Shown piece after piece: positions 18,652 to 28,389 of a DNA stretch of 64,000 nucleotides. A program made the position numbers and the translations under genes. The stretch spans positions 32,001 to 96,000 of the forward strand of contig CBDCMT010000001.1 of the NCBI GenBank assembly GCA_965219095.1, read 5' to 3'. The notes beneath the pieces were generated by a model. It saw nothing but the letters and a program-made list of their open reading frames with translations, searched no databases and was not told where the DNA came from. Positions within the stretch are counted from its first letter, which is position 1. Every line of letters begins with the position of its first letter. This DNA is from Bdellovibrionales bacterium. Its GTDB lineage: Bacteria > Bdellovibrionota > Bdellovibrionia > Bdellovibrionales > UBA1609.

Positions 18652-20544
18652 CCTGAGTTTGCCCTTTCATTAAAAAAACACCTTCAGATCGAAAACAATG
18701 CAGTTTCATGTCTTTTTTCTTTAAGTTTATAATATGTCAGGTAATGTGCAATTATATAACTTGGAGAAAAAAGAGGGAGGGATTTTTTATGTTCATGGCT
18801 TGTCCTAAAAGAAAAGATGGAAATATTGTAGTTAGGCTGATTGTATCCTATAGAAAGGAGGGTAAACCTAAATCCAAAATAGTTAAAACTATCGGTCAAT
18901 CTAAAGATCCTAAAGCTGTAGAGCGGTATAAAAAGATAGCTAAAGAATTAATTGAAAAAGAAAAAAAGGGACTTGTTTCAATAGAGGGTGCTATTCGTAA
19001 TAAGATTACAGTAAATCTTTCAGATGTAGACAATGAAGAGCGTCGTAATAATGGCTTTAATGACATTCTAGGTTTTACTTACCAACAGTTGGGTTTTAAT
19101 GATCTCATCCAAGCAGGAAGAGATCCTAAAAAGCTCAATGCTATTTTAAAGAATCTAGTTTTGATGAGAGTTTTTGATCCATCAAGTAAATTAAAAAGTT
19201 CCTATTTACTTGAGGAGCATTTTGGTAAAAATATAACTCTCAAACAAATTTTAAATTTGATGGATCACATATCAGATCAGGAAGAAAACATTAGGGATAG
19301 AATTTCCCAAGTTATTCTTAATGGGGAAAAGAGCTTAGACATTGTCCTTTTTGATGTAACGACCTTGGCCTTTGAAAGTGTTGTCCCAACGGACTTATTA
19401 GATTTTGGTTACAGCAAAGATGGTAAACCTGGAGAGGTTCAAGTTGTTTTAGCTGTTTTATCGAATCAGAAGGGTTTGCCTATAAGTTATGAATTATTTG
19501 CTGGCAACACTTCAGAGTTTGAGACCTTTGAATCAATGATTAAGGGGGTTTCTAGGAAGTATAACCTTAGAAAGATAAGGGTTATAGCAGACCGAGGTTT
19601 GTTTTCCAATAATAATCTTGAAGCTTTAGAGGGGTTAAATTCAGAGGGAATCAAAGCTGAGTACATTGTTTCTTGTCCCTTAAAAAAACTTCCTAAATCT
19701 CTTAAGGACAGTATTTTGAATAAGAGTAATTACAAAGATGATGGTACAGAAGGCTCTAAAATCTTATACCATGAGGTTGAGTATAATAACCGACGAATTA
19801 TTATAAGTTACAGTGAGAAACGTGGGCGACATGATATAAAAAAAAGGGAACGTGCTGTAGAAAAGCTAAAGGAGTTAGAAAAAGATGGAAAGATTAAAAG
19901 TTCTAAGCTGATAAAAGGTGGAGGGAAAAATAAATATATACAAAAAGTTCGTGGGGACACAAAGATTGATTGGAAAAAAGTGGAGCAAGACGCCTTGTGG
20001 GATGGTCTATATGGAGTTTGTACAAATTTAAAATCAGAGTCTGTTCATGCCATTTGTGAGGCCCGCTACAATCTTTGGCGAATTGAAGAGCTGTTTCGGA
20101 TTAACAAACATAATTTAAAAATGCGACCCATATATCATAGAAAAACTCAAAGAATAAGATCACACATAGCTATTTGTTTTTTAGCTTATGTGGTTCTGAG
20201 AAGTACAGAAATAACTTTAAAAGAAGCAGGGGTGAATATTAGCTCCCAAGAGCTTATTGAGACTCTTAAGGATGTAGAGACTAATATTATTCGAAATAGA
20301 GTAAAAGTTCCCTCTAAAGCTTATGGCCTTCCTCGTAAGTTATCTGCAAAGGCTAAGAAAATTTATAAGCTCTTTGGAAAGGAGTTTCCTGAAAGAGCCT
20401 ATGAAATAACATAATTGTGAATGTTTATTGGAGAGCTTTTGGTATGTAGAAAAATGTAGTATGTCTTTTTCATTGGAACAGTGCATAAACCTAGTTATTT
20501 CAGGTACTTAAAGTAATAGCTAAATTTGAAAGGGCAAACTCAGG
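18652..20544 (+). mobile_element. IS1634-family element type A (1893 bp), no matching TSD
   Basis: Perfect 18-bp IR CCTGAGTTTGCCCTTTCA. Left flank is scpB; right flank is IS481 interior. Confidence 0.92.
18789..20414 (+). CDS. IS1634-family transposase
   Basis: FDVTTLAFES, GYSKDGK, IADRG, YNLWRIEELFR and MRPIYH motifs. Confidence 0.92.
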   Translation: MFMACPKRKDGNIVVRLIVSYRKEGKPKSKIVKTIGQSKDPKAVERYKKIAKELIEKEKKGLVSIEGAIRNKITVNLSDVDNEERRNNGFNDILGFTYQQLGFNDLIQAGRDPKKLNAILKNLVLMRVFDPSSKLKSSYLLEEHFGKNITLKQILNLMDHISDQEENIRDRISQVILNGEKSLDIVLFDVTTLAFESVVPTDLLDFGYSKDGKPGEVQVVLAVLSNQKGLPISYELFAGNTSEFETFESMIKGVSRKYNLRKIRVIADRGLFSNNNLEALEGLNSEGIKAEYIVSCPLKKLPKSLKDSILNKSNYKDDGTEGSKILYHEVEYNNRRIIISYSEKRGRHDIKKRERAVEKLKELEKDGKIKSSKLIKGGGKNKYIQKVRGDTKIDWKKVEQDALWDGLYGVCTNLKSESVHAICEARYNLWRIEELFRINKHNLKMRPIYHRKTQRIRSHIAICFLAYVVLRSTEITLKEAGVNISSQELIETLKDVETNIIRNRVKVPSKAYGLPRKLSAKAKKIYKLFGKEFPERAYEIT

Positions 20545-20890
20545 AGAGGGGTCTGGCTGAGAAATAATTTAGAGACTTTCAAAAAGCGTTTGAAAGCTTT
20601 AGAAAAGAAGTCTGCAGAGGAAGGCTTGGTTTTCACAGAGGAGCAGTTACAAGCCCTAGAGAAGAAGAAACAAGAGGATTTAGAGTGCGGAGAGGTAGAG
20701 ACAGCTCATCCTGGTTATTTAGGCTCACAGGACACTTTTTATGTGGGAACTATGAAAGGTGTAGGACGTCTTTATCAACAAACCTTTGTGGACACTTACT
20801 CAAAAATTGCTTTCTGTAAGCTCTATAAAACGAAAACTGAACTTCCCCTGTTTCTGCGGACAGTCAATTTTCTCTTAAAGTCTCCATAAA

Positions 20891-21196
20891 ATGGAGGTAA
20901 AAGAAAGAATGGAAAAAGTAAAACAGTACTCGGAAGAGTTTAAAAAGCAAGCCATTGAATTGGCAGAGGAAATAGATGCAAAGGAAGCCTCAGAGAAGCT
21001 AGGACTGAGAAATTTCCAAGTGATAAGCTCTTGGAAGCGTTTTCTAAAGCCTGAAGTAGAAAGACAAGCTTCCCATGACTTGGCTTCGGCATTGGAGGAA
21101 ATAAAGAGGTTAAAAAAGGAGCTGGTCTATGAGAGGCGGAGTGTAGGTATATTGAAAGAGGCAGCGGCTTTTTTTTCAAAGGAAATCCTGAAATGA
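20891..21196 (+). CDS. IS3-family transposase OrfA
   Basis: YSEEFKKQAI HTH and ILKEAAAFF terminus. ATGA overlap with OrfB. Confidence 0.88.
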   Translation: MEVKERMEKVKQYSEEFKKQAIELAEEIDAKEASEKLGLRNFQVISSWKRFLKPEVERQASHDLASALEEIKRLKKELVYERRSVGILKEAAAFFSKEILK

Positions 21197-22059
21197 GATT
21201 TAAGGCTATGTTTTATGTAAAAGAGAAAGGGCATCCAGTGCTTCGCATCTGCGAATTATTAAGAGGATCTCGTTCTGGTTTTTATAGTTTTTTAAAAACC
21301 AGGGGAAAGCTTGAAAAGGATAAAAATCTGGAGAAAAACATAGAATCTATTTTTAAAAAAAATAAAGGCTGTTATGGTTCCCCCAGGGTGTATAGGGAAT
21401 TAAAGCGTTGCGGAGTGAGTGCTGGAGAAAACAAAGTAGCTCGAATTATGAAACTAAAGAATCTCAGTGCCCGTCAGAAAAAACCCTATGTTCCTAGAAC
21501 AACAAAGAATAACCCTCTCATGATTAAGTCTCCTCGGTTGTTTAAGACAGGACAGAGCCAAGCAGGAAAAGAAAACCAGGTATGGTGTTCGGATTTAACC
21601 TATATTCCTTTTAGAGATAAATTTCTGTATTTGGTTGTATTTTTAGATGTCTATAATCGAGAGATTAAGTCTTGGAAGCTCTGTGAGAGCTTGGACGGGG
21701 TTCATTCAAAACAGGCTCTGAGAGCCGCAGTCCAATCTGTTTCTGGGAACTTAGAGGGCTTGATAATCCACTCGGATCAAGGGGTTCAATATTGTTGTGA
21801 AGGGTTTAGAAAAGAATTGAAATTCTTTGGCCTCAAGCAATCTATGTCTAGGAAAGGAAATTGTTATGATAATGCGTTTGTGGAGAGCTTTTTCCATACG
21901 TTGAAGGATGAACTGGAATACAAAGACTGTACAACAAAGGAAGAGTTGGAAAAAAAAATTGCAATTTACATGGATTGGTATAACAAGGTAAGAATGCATT
22001 CTTCCTTGAAATACATGAGCCCAAAAGAATTTAAACAAAGGAGGGCTTTAAGAACATAA
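21193..22059 (+). CDS. IS3-family transposase OrfB
   Basis: YGSPR, WCSDLTY, HSDQGVQY and GNCYDNAFVESFF motifs. Confidence 0.93.
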   Translation: MRFKAMFYVKEKGHPVLRICELLRGSRSGFYSFLKTRGKLEKDKNLEKNIESIFKKNKGCYGSPRVYRELKRCGVSAGENKVARIMKLKNLSARQKKPYVPRTTKNNPLMIKSPRLFKTGQSQAGKENQVWCSDLTYIPFRDKFLYLVVFLDVYNREIKSWKLCESLDGVHSKQALRAAVQSVSGNLEGLIIHSDQGVQYCCEGFRKELKFFGLKQSMSRKGNCYDNAFVESFFHTLKDELEYKDCTTKEELEKKIAIYMDWYNKVRMHSSLKYMSPKEFKQRRALRT

Positions 22060-22583
22060 AAACTGTCCACTTTTTTGGGGGAAGATCAAACACCTATTAC
22101 AGCAGCTGACCTTCTCAATGATAGAGTGTTTCCTTTTTTTGAAGACCATGATGTGCCCCTGCTTCGTATGTTAACAGATAGGGGTACAGAGTTCTGTGGA
22201 GTTCAAGATCATCACGATTATGAGCTTTATTTGGCTATCAATGATATAGAGCACACAAAAACAAAGGCAAGACATCCTCAAACCAATGGCATCTGTGAAA
22301 GATTTCATAGAACAATTTTAGAGGAGTTTTATCAAGTGGAGTTTAGAAAAAAAGTGTACAAAAGCATAGAAGAGTTGCAGTCTGACCTTGACTTGTGGCT
22401 TGTGAAATATAATGAAAGGAGAACTCATCAGGGAAAAATGTGTTGTGGTCGAACACCTATGGAAACTTTCCTTGACGGAAAACAAAAAGTAAGGCAAAAG
22501 ATGATTGAACAGAACGAAAACTGACAGACAGTTTTTTATCAACCCAGAAAGGGTAACTGTCAGATCATATAACGTCTATTACA

Positions 22584-23621
22584 CTTAAACTTCCCTTGAA
22601 ATCGTCATAGTTTTCATAATAGCGATTTGCTGTGACCTCTTTTTTCATAAACTTCCAAAGCCTTTCTATAGGATTTAAATTCGGTGAATACGGAGGAAGA
22701 TAAACAAGTTTTATATTCAACTCTTTCGCTAACTTCTTGACAGACTTCGATCTATTGTATCCGGCCCCATCTAAGATAAGATGAATCTCTTTTTCATCGG
22801 GATGCTTCTTGCGAAGATGATGGAGCATATCACATAGAAAAACTTCGTTAACTGTCTTATAACTCCTGACTACCGTCTTCAAACTATTGATCTCAATAGC
22901 TCCACAAACATTCACTCTTTTTCTCCAGCCTGAATTGGTCTTCACTTCAAACTTCTTACCCTCTCTTATCCAACCATATGAAATCGTAGGGCCCCACTCA
23001 GGATGTGTGGAATCAGCAAAGTAAACAGGACTGTCTTTCTTCTTAATTCTCTTGTATTTACGCACAAACTTTTTCTGCTCTTCTCTCTTTGCCTTACCTG
23101 GTATCGCTGTGGCTTTTTTATAAGAAAAACCAAGGCGATGGAGAAGATCAATTACACCACTTGTTAAAGTACGTAACACCAAAATTCTCCTCAATGAATT
23201 GGATGACAGACTGTGATGATGGAAAAATTCTTTTCTCTAATTCCTTTAAAAGCATTTTCTCCTCTTTCTTAGTTAAAAAGGACCTTTTAGGGTTGTAATT
23301 GTCGTTGATTAAACACTCTATCCCACCTTTGTTATAAGGATCTCTATAGGCTCTTATCGTGCCCTCATCAATGAAAAGAAAACGGGAAATATCTTTACAC
23401 AACTCACCTTTATCTAAATGGAGAATTGTCATAATCCTTTTTGCGTATTTAAGATTTTTCTCTAGAGATAGTTCATAGAGTAAATCTTTTCGCTCTTTTT
23501 TTGATAGAAACCCTGATATATGAAACTATTTTTAAAAATAAATGACTTTTTATCAAGGCCTTAGAACAAAAACTAGACCTCAACTCAAAAAAAAACGGAA
23601 AACCTAAGCGGAAGCACTATA
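22584..23621 (-). mobile_element. IS630-family element, main part; transposase frameshifted near 23170
   Basis: IR AAAACCTAAGCGGAAGCACTATA. YFAD, ILDGAGY and LPPYSPNLNPIERLW motifs. Confidence 0.9.
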
Positions 23622-23810
23622 TACTAATTGTATTTCAAAATCCACACACAGAGAGTGGGGTCTAGTTTTTGTTAAAATGTCTTGATAGCACAGAGTTCTA
23701 TGTAAACAATATCTTTTATGGGAACCTTGTTATCAAAAAAAGTGTAAGAGCTTTTATCAGCATGCTTCTTCCTAAAAAATTAATGTGTGGATTTTGAAGT
23801 GTAATCAGTA
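23622..23810. mobile_element. 189-bp MITE-like element with ~27-bp IRs
   Basis: TACTAATTGTATTTCAAAATCCACACA ... TGTGTGGATTTTGAAGTGTAATCAGTA, flanked by TA. A lone related end lies at 25096-25140. Confidence 0.7.
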
Positions 23811-23814
23811 TAAT

Positions 23815-24942
23815 TTATCTAAGTTTCAGAAAATCAATTTCATATTCAATTTTCTCTGAATGAATCATTTTTTTAACTAAATCTCCAATCAATGGAATAA
23901 ATTTAAAAGCGTGACCTGAACCTCCGGTAGCAAGAACTACATTTTTAAATTCTGGATGAAAATCTATTAAAAAATTTTCATCTTTTGTTAGGGTATAAAA
24001 ACACATTTTCCAGTTTAATGGTTTTTTATGCACATGAGGCAGAAACCTATCAATGACTTGAGTGATGGGTTTTAGCTCTTTTTCTTTGTACTCATATTTT
24101 TTTTCTAAAGCTCCTTCAATCTGATCAGAGGGAGCATAGTTGGAAATCTTAAGGCCTGATTGATCGACATCAGGGAATCCATAAATAAACTCTCTGTTTT
24201 CTATAACAGCAAAGCAGGGCATTTTTTCCTTATAAGAATGTTTACTTGCAAACCAAAACTGAGGAGCACGTGTGATTTTAAATATCATAGGAAGAGGGGA
24301 TAATAAATCTGAACTCCAAGGCCCTGGTGATAGAACAAGATAATTCGCCCAATATTCACTCTTATCAGTTACAACATGGACCTCTGAGCCGTGGTTTTCC
24401 CACGAAGATACTCTCTCATTTGTTTTAAATATTGCACCTTTTTTACGAGCTAAAGATAAAAATGTTTCAATAGTTAGATCTGATCTTATAATACCTGCTT
24501 TTTTTTCAAATTGACCCATAAAGCCCATGGGCATTAGAAATTGGGGAAAACTGTTTTTAAGTTGCTTTCGGCTTAAGGTTTCATTTTCAATGTTATAAGA
24601 GTCTGCATAAGAAAAAATTGTCTCTGAAATTTGTTCTTTTTCGGGACTTAAAACTAAAAACCCTGTCTCCGTTAATAGATCTTGGTTGAAGTTTCTTTGG
24701 GTATTAAGTTTTTTCCAAAGCTCATAGGAGTGTTTTGCAAGAGGGATGTATCTTGGGTCTTCAAAGTAAGTTTGACGGAAAAGCCTTGTCTTTCCGCTTG
24801 AGCTTCCTTTCTGGTGTGGAGGAGAAAAGCGATCAATTCCAATGACATTTAATCCACTGAGAGTCAAATAATAACAAATAGCAGACCCCATTCCTCCATA
24901 ACCTACAACTATGACATCACTTTTTAAAATTTTTTTTGTCAT
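23815..24942 (-). CDS. Monomeric sarcosine oxidase / N-methyltryptophan oxidase family flavoenzyme (SolA/NikD/PIPOX-like)
   Basis: VVGYGGMGSA, GSSSGKTRLFRQTYFE, covalent-flavin Cys in MCFYT, and SGHAFKF. Confidence 0.9.
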   Translation of the reverse strand: MTKKILKSDVIVVGYGGMGSAICYYLTLSGLNVIGIDRFSPPHQKGSSSGKTRLFRQTYFEDPRYIPLAKHSYELWKKLNTQRNFNQDLLTETGFLVLSPEKEQISETIFSYADSYNIENETLSRKQLKNSFPQFLMPMGFMGQFEKKAGIIRSDLTIETFLSLARKKGAIFKTNERVSSWENHGSEVHVVTDKSEYWANYLVLSPGPWSSDLLSPLPMIFKITRAPQFWFASKHSYKEKMPCFAVIENREFIYGFPDVDQSGLKISNYAPSDQIEGALEKKYEYKEKELKPITQVIDRFLPHVHKKPLNWKMCFYTLTKDENFLIDFHPEFKNVVLATGGSGHAFKFIPLIGDLVKKMIHSEKIEYEIDFLKLR

Positions 24943-25095
24943 CTACAACTCCTAATCTTTCTAAAACAAGGGGAGTACGATCATAAAATCTTTCATGAAT
25001 GATCAAAAATCAATCCGCCTTTCATTAAAATAACATCAATACCCCTAAAGTCTTTAAAAACTTTTCCTCTATAACAGATGTCTGTACTGTAAATA
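24917..25095 (-). pseudogene. 3' remnant of a possible SnoaL/NTF2-like gene overlapping the oxidase start
   Basis: Removing a 4-bp TCAT duplication gives FRGIDVILMKGGLIFDHERFYD..., resembling NTF2-fold C-termini. The 5' part is lost at the element end at 25096. Confidence 0.4.
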
Positions 25096-25178
25096 TACTA
25101 ACTGCACTTCAAAATCCACACATTAATTTTTTAGGAAGAATCATACACATGGAAGTTGTAGGTCAAGAGACTGCTCAA

Positions 25179-25308
25179 TTCTTTCTTGATATGTCATTTT
25201 TGTTATCCTTTCTCCACCCTTTGGGGTGGTATTGTTTATTTAAAAGGGTAACCTCTTTTCATCTCTTTGACATTTCGAGACGTGTCAGATCAAGTCACAA
25301 CTATCACA
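25179..25308 (-). mobile_element. IS481 left-end fragment (slightly diverged)
   Basis: Matches 3770-3899 apart from a few substitutions in the IR. Confidence 0.85.
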
Positions 25309-25345
25309 GCTTATTACTAAAAGTGACTCCTCTCGGAAATCTGTG

Positions 25346-25377
25346 AGAGCCTGTAAATTTACAGGCTCTTTTTTTTT
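25346..25377. terminator. Perfect palindrome followed by a T-run; possible intrinsic terminator or IS5-end-derived hairpin
   Basis: AGAGCCTGTAAATTTACAGGCTCT plus a T-tract, downstream of the MATE gene. Confidence 0.5.
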
Positions 25378-25443
25378 CCCTCTAATCCATCTTTGTCCAC
25401 TTTGTACAAAGTTGTCTTGCTTCTTCATATGTCATAAAACCTC

Positions 25444-26841
25444 CTAAACAATTGCTTTATTTTTAATCATCTTTAACTGGTGAGTAATTTTCATCCAAGA
25501 ACATAAAATCATAACAGCAATGCTTATAACCCCCACACACAAACCAATCCAAAGACCTGTCAATCTCAGATGAAAACTAAAGCAAAGTATCAATGCCAAT
25601 AACAGTCCTATGGGATAATACCCTATAGCACAAGCTACAGAAGCCGTCTTTGTATGCCCTAACCCTCTTAAAGCCCCGGTAGCGCATGCTTGTACAGCAT
25701 CAAAAACTTGAAACACAGCCCCCCAAAATATAATTTTAGATCCCATACGAATCACATTAAGATCATAAGTGAACCAACTTAAAATCATTTCTGGAAAATT
25801 AAACAAAACAACTGCGATGATTGACATTATAAAAATTCCAATGATGATGGAGATCCAGCCGGCTTGTTTAGCATGCTCTCTATCGCCGGTTCCAACAAAG
25901 TACCCCACTCTATAGGCTGCAGCACTTGAAAGTCCCACTGGAAACATGTAAGTAAAAGAAACAATCATGATGACAACATGGTGGGCTGCTGTTTCATAAG
26001 GGTTAAGCCAGGCGGCAAACACAGTGGTAAGAGAAAAAATACCCACTTCAAAAACTTGCTGCCATCCTGCTGGAATTCCTAATCTTAATACATTATGTGC
26101 AAATGTTCGATCTATAGAAAAAGGGTTTAAAAGTTTTTTTAAATTAAAATTTCTATTTGTTTTAAAATAATTGAATGTCAGCATAAACATGGCTAAACAA
26201 AGACTTCCTCTAGAAAAGTTTGTAGCTACGGCTGCACCATAAACACCCCAGGATGGAAAGCCAAATTCACCAAAAATCAAGGCTCTATTGGCAAAATAAT
26301 TTATAACATTAGCAACCAACACCATCACTAATATTGGTTTTGTCACTTTTCGACTTTGCCAATACCTTTGCATACCTGTAAAAAAGAGTAAAAAAGGTAA
26401 TCCTGTACCTATAATGGCAAGGTATATTTCAGCATTTTCTAAAAGAGATGGGTCTGATTTAAACACCCAAAGATTTTTAGAAATGAAAAGAATCAAAGGT
26501 GAGAAAATGATAGACAGATAAAAACAGAACTTTAAACTTTGATACAATATACTTTCAAGAGTTTTTGAATTTCCTGCTCCATAGGCTTGAGATGTAATGG
26601 TATCCAGGGCTGACAAAATCCCCATCGCAAAAACCGCTATCACCCAAAAAATAGATCGAGCCAATCCAGCACTAGCTAGAGAATTTGTATCAATACGACC
26701 TAACATCACTGTATCTACAAGGCCCATTAACATAAAACTTACTTGAGCCAAAACTATAGGAAAAGCAAACCGAATGGTGTTTTTTAATTCGTCTCTAAAA
26801 GAATGTGATTTCAAAAACATACTCTTCATCGTACTTTTCAT
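25444..26841 (-). CDS. MATE family efflux transporter (NorM-like)
   Basis: About 12 TM helices; VDTVMLG, SQAYGAG, GVYGAAVAT, RLGIPAG and GALRGLGHT motifs. Confidence 0.95.
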   Translation of the reverse strand: MKSTMKSMFLKSHSFRDELKNTIRFAFPIVLAQVSFMLMGLVDTVMLGRIDTNSLASAGLARSIFWVIAVFAMGILSALDTITSQAYGAGNSKTLESILYQSLKFCFYLSIIFSPLILFISKNLWVFKSDPSLLENAEIYLAIIGTGLPFLLFFTGMQRYWQSRKVTKPILVMVLVANVINYFANRALIFGEFGFPSWGVYGAAVATNFSRGSLCLAMFMLTFNYFKTNRNFNLKKLLNPFSIDRTFAHNVLRLGIPAGWQQVFEVGIFSLTTVFAAWLNPYETAAHHVVIMIVSFTYMFPVGLSSAAAYRVGYFVGTGDREHAKQAGWISIIIGIFIMSIIAVVLFNFPEMILSWFTYDLNVIRMGSKIIFWGAVFQVFDAVQACATGALRGLGHTKTASVACAIGYYPIGLLLALILCFSFHLRLTGLWIGLCVGVISIAVMILCSWMKITHQLKMIKNKAIV

Positions 26842-28178
26842 TAAGTCAACAAATCTCGATTAAGTTCTGGAAGATTTTTATTTCCAGAATGAAGGGGAAT
26901 ATATTTAGAAAGAATATGGTCGGAAAGTCTTCCAAGACAACTTAAACTCGCAAATCCCGGCCCCTGATTGAGTCCCGCCATCATGGGTAAATGAAGCGAT
27001 GGCTGCAATCCTGAAATTGCAAGATTTTCATCAATTCTTTTTTCAACATTCTGAGCACTAAGCTCTTTTAATTTTGTTTGACGGAGTATTGATTCTTTTG
27101 CATTTTCACTTAAAAGTTTTTCTACAAAATCCATGTGATTAAAACCAGTTGTAATAACAACTAAGTCATAAATTCGTTTTTCCCGATCTTTATCATATTC
27201 AATGTCAAGTACAATTTGGTTAAGAGAGTCAATGCCAATGGATCGACAAGTTCCTGGAATGATTTCCACATTTGATAAACGATCCAAATCTCTTTTAGTA
27301 AGAAAAGAGAAAACTCCCTTATCAGTGCGGTTGATAAAATTCCTCCTATCTTTTTCGGTTAATTGGAGCCAGTTTCCTTGGAAAGGATCAGTGTAGATAT
27401 GGTTTTCTGCGTAGCTTTCGCCTCGTGTATAAGTCATTGCATTAGGAGAGATGATATCGACATGAAAGCTTGGATCGAGCTGTCCTAATGTTACAGCAAT
27501 AGCTGCTGAACTTTCACCAGAACCCACTAAAGCGGCTTGAATGTTTTTTTCTTTTGTGTAATCTTCGTGGGTTTTCCAAAAGTTTTCTGTTTTTAATATT
27601 CTAGGATGGTGCGGAATACAAAAGGGGAGATGAGTTGATCCTGGACCTGTGATCACTAAACTGTCAGAAAAGTGATCAAAAAAACGTCCTTCAGAACTTT
27701 CGGCTTGAACCCTCCACCTTCCATTATCAATATCTATGGATTTAACTGCTGCATTTATATACTGAACTTCACTTTGAACTTTATGAAACACCCATTCCAT
27801 ATACTCAGCCCACATGTGATGGGAGGGAGCAGGTCGTCCTCGGTCGATCCAATCTGCATATTGATGTTTCCCAATAAAAAAACTCTGCCAAGAAAATTGC
27901 TGCATTAATGCATCCACCATGCGATTTTCAGAATCACCCCAACAAAAAGAATAATAAGGAAATCCTAAATCTTTTTCAGGAGATGTTCCCAAGGGAAGTT
28001 GACCATTTGTGTACCCAGAACCATTTCGCCAATGATGGCCTACCTCTTCTTTCTCAAAAAGGATAAGAGAAGGGACAGGAAAACCAACTTTTTTGAGAAC
28101 AAATGCTTTTGTAATGACGGCAAGTGCCTTAGGCCCCGCTCCAATAAGAGCTAAAGTTTTTTGTTCTTTCTTAGCCAT
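26841..28178 (-). CDS. Lysine/ornithine N-monooxygenase (SidA/IucD/PvdA family, MbtG-like)
   Basis: LIGAGPKAL (FAD), LGTSPEKDLGFPY, WIDRGRPAP, VGSGESSA (NADPH) and MbtG-type C-terminus QGPGFASLSCLGRLSDHIL. TAATG overlap with the MATE gene. Confidence 0.9.
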   Translation of the reverse strand: MAKKEQKTLALIGAGPKALAVITKAFVLKKVGFPVPSLILFEKEEVGHHWRNGSGYTNGQLPLGTSPEKDLGFPYYSFCWGDSENRMVDALMQQFSWQSFFIGKHQYADWIDRGRPAPSHHMWAEYMEWVFHKVQSEVQYINAAVKSIDIDNGRWRVQAESSEGRFFDHFSDSLVITGPGSTHLPFCIPHHPRILKTENFWKTHEDYTKEKNIQAALVGSGESSAAIAVTLGQLDPSFHVDIISPNAMTYTRGESYAENHIYTDPFQGNWLQLTEKDRRNFINRTDKGVFSFLTKRDLDRLSNVEIIPGTCRSIGIDSLNQIVLDIEYDKDREKRIYDLVVITTGFNHMDFVEKLLSENAKESILRQTKLKELSAQNVEKRIDENLAISGLQPSLHLPMMAGLNQGPGFASLSCLGRLSDHILSKYIPLHSGNKNLPELNRDLLT

Positions 28179-28389
28179 AAAAACCTCCTTTTTAATTCTA
28201 AAACTTCAAGAAAGCTCAAAAAGCAACTTTACTACTACTCCATTCGTTCTATCAGTTCAAGAGATTTCTAATGAATTTATCTGCAGAAAACAAGACACAT
28301 AGTTTCTTTTTGTTTTTTGCTTACTCTCAAGAGAGGCTAATTAAAATACTCTAAAGTAGGAATTCATACAGAAGGTGAAGCTTTATCAG

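Larger units (their letters stand above)
20838..22088 (+). mobile_element. IS3-family element (1251 bp)
   Basis: TG...CA ends, imperfect IR (TGAACTTCCCC / GGGGAAGATCA) and 3-bp TSD AAC. Confidence 0.93.
20545..22583 (+). mobile_element. IS481 copy, 5'-deleted and interrupted by IS3
   Basis: 20545-20837 and 22089-22583 match consecutive IS481 segments. The right end is followed by CTTAAAC. Confidence 0.92.

Noticed and set aside
25444..28178. Hydroxamate siderophore cluster
   Set aside because: No IucA/IucC synthetase, NRPS or TonB receptor is present in the window, and the N-hydroxylase is better explained by the hydrazine cassette. It cannot be fully excluded.
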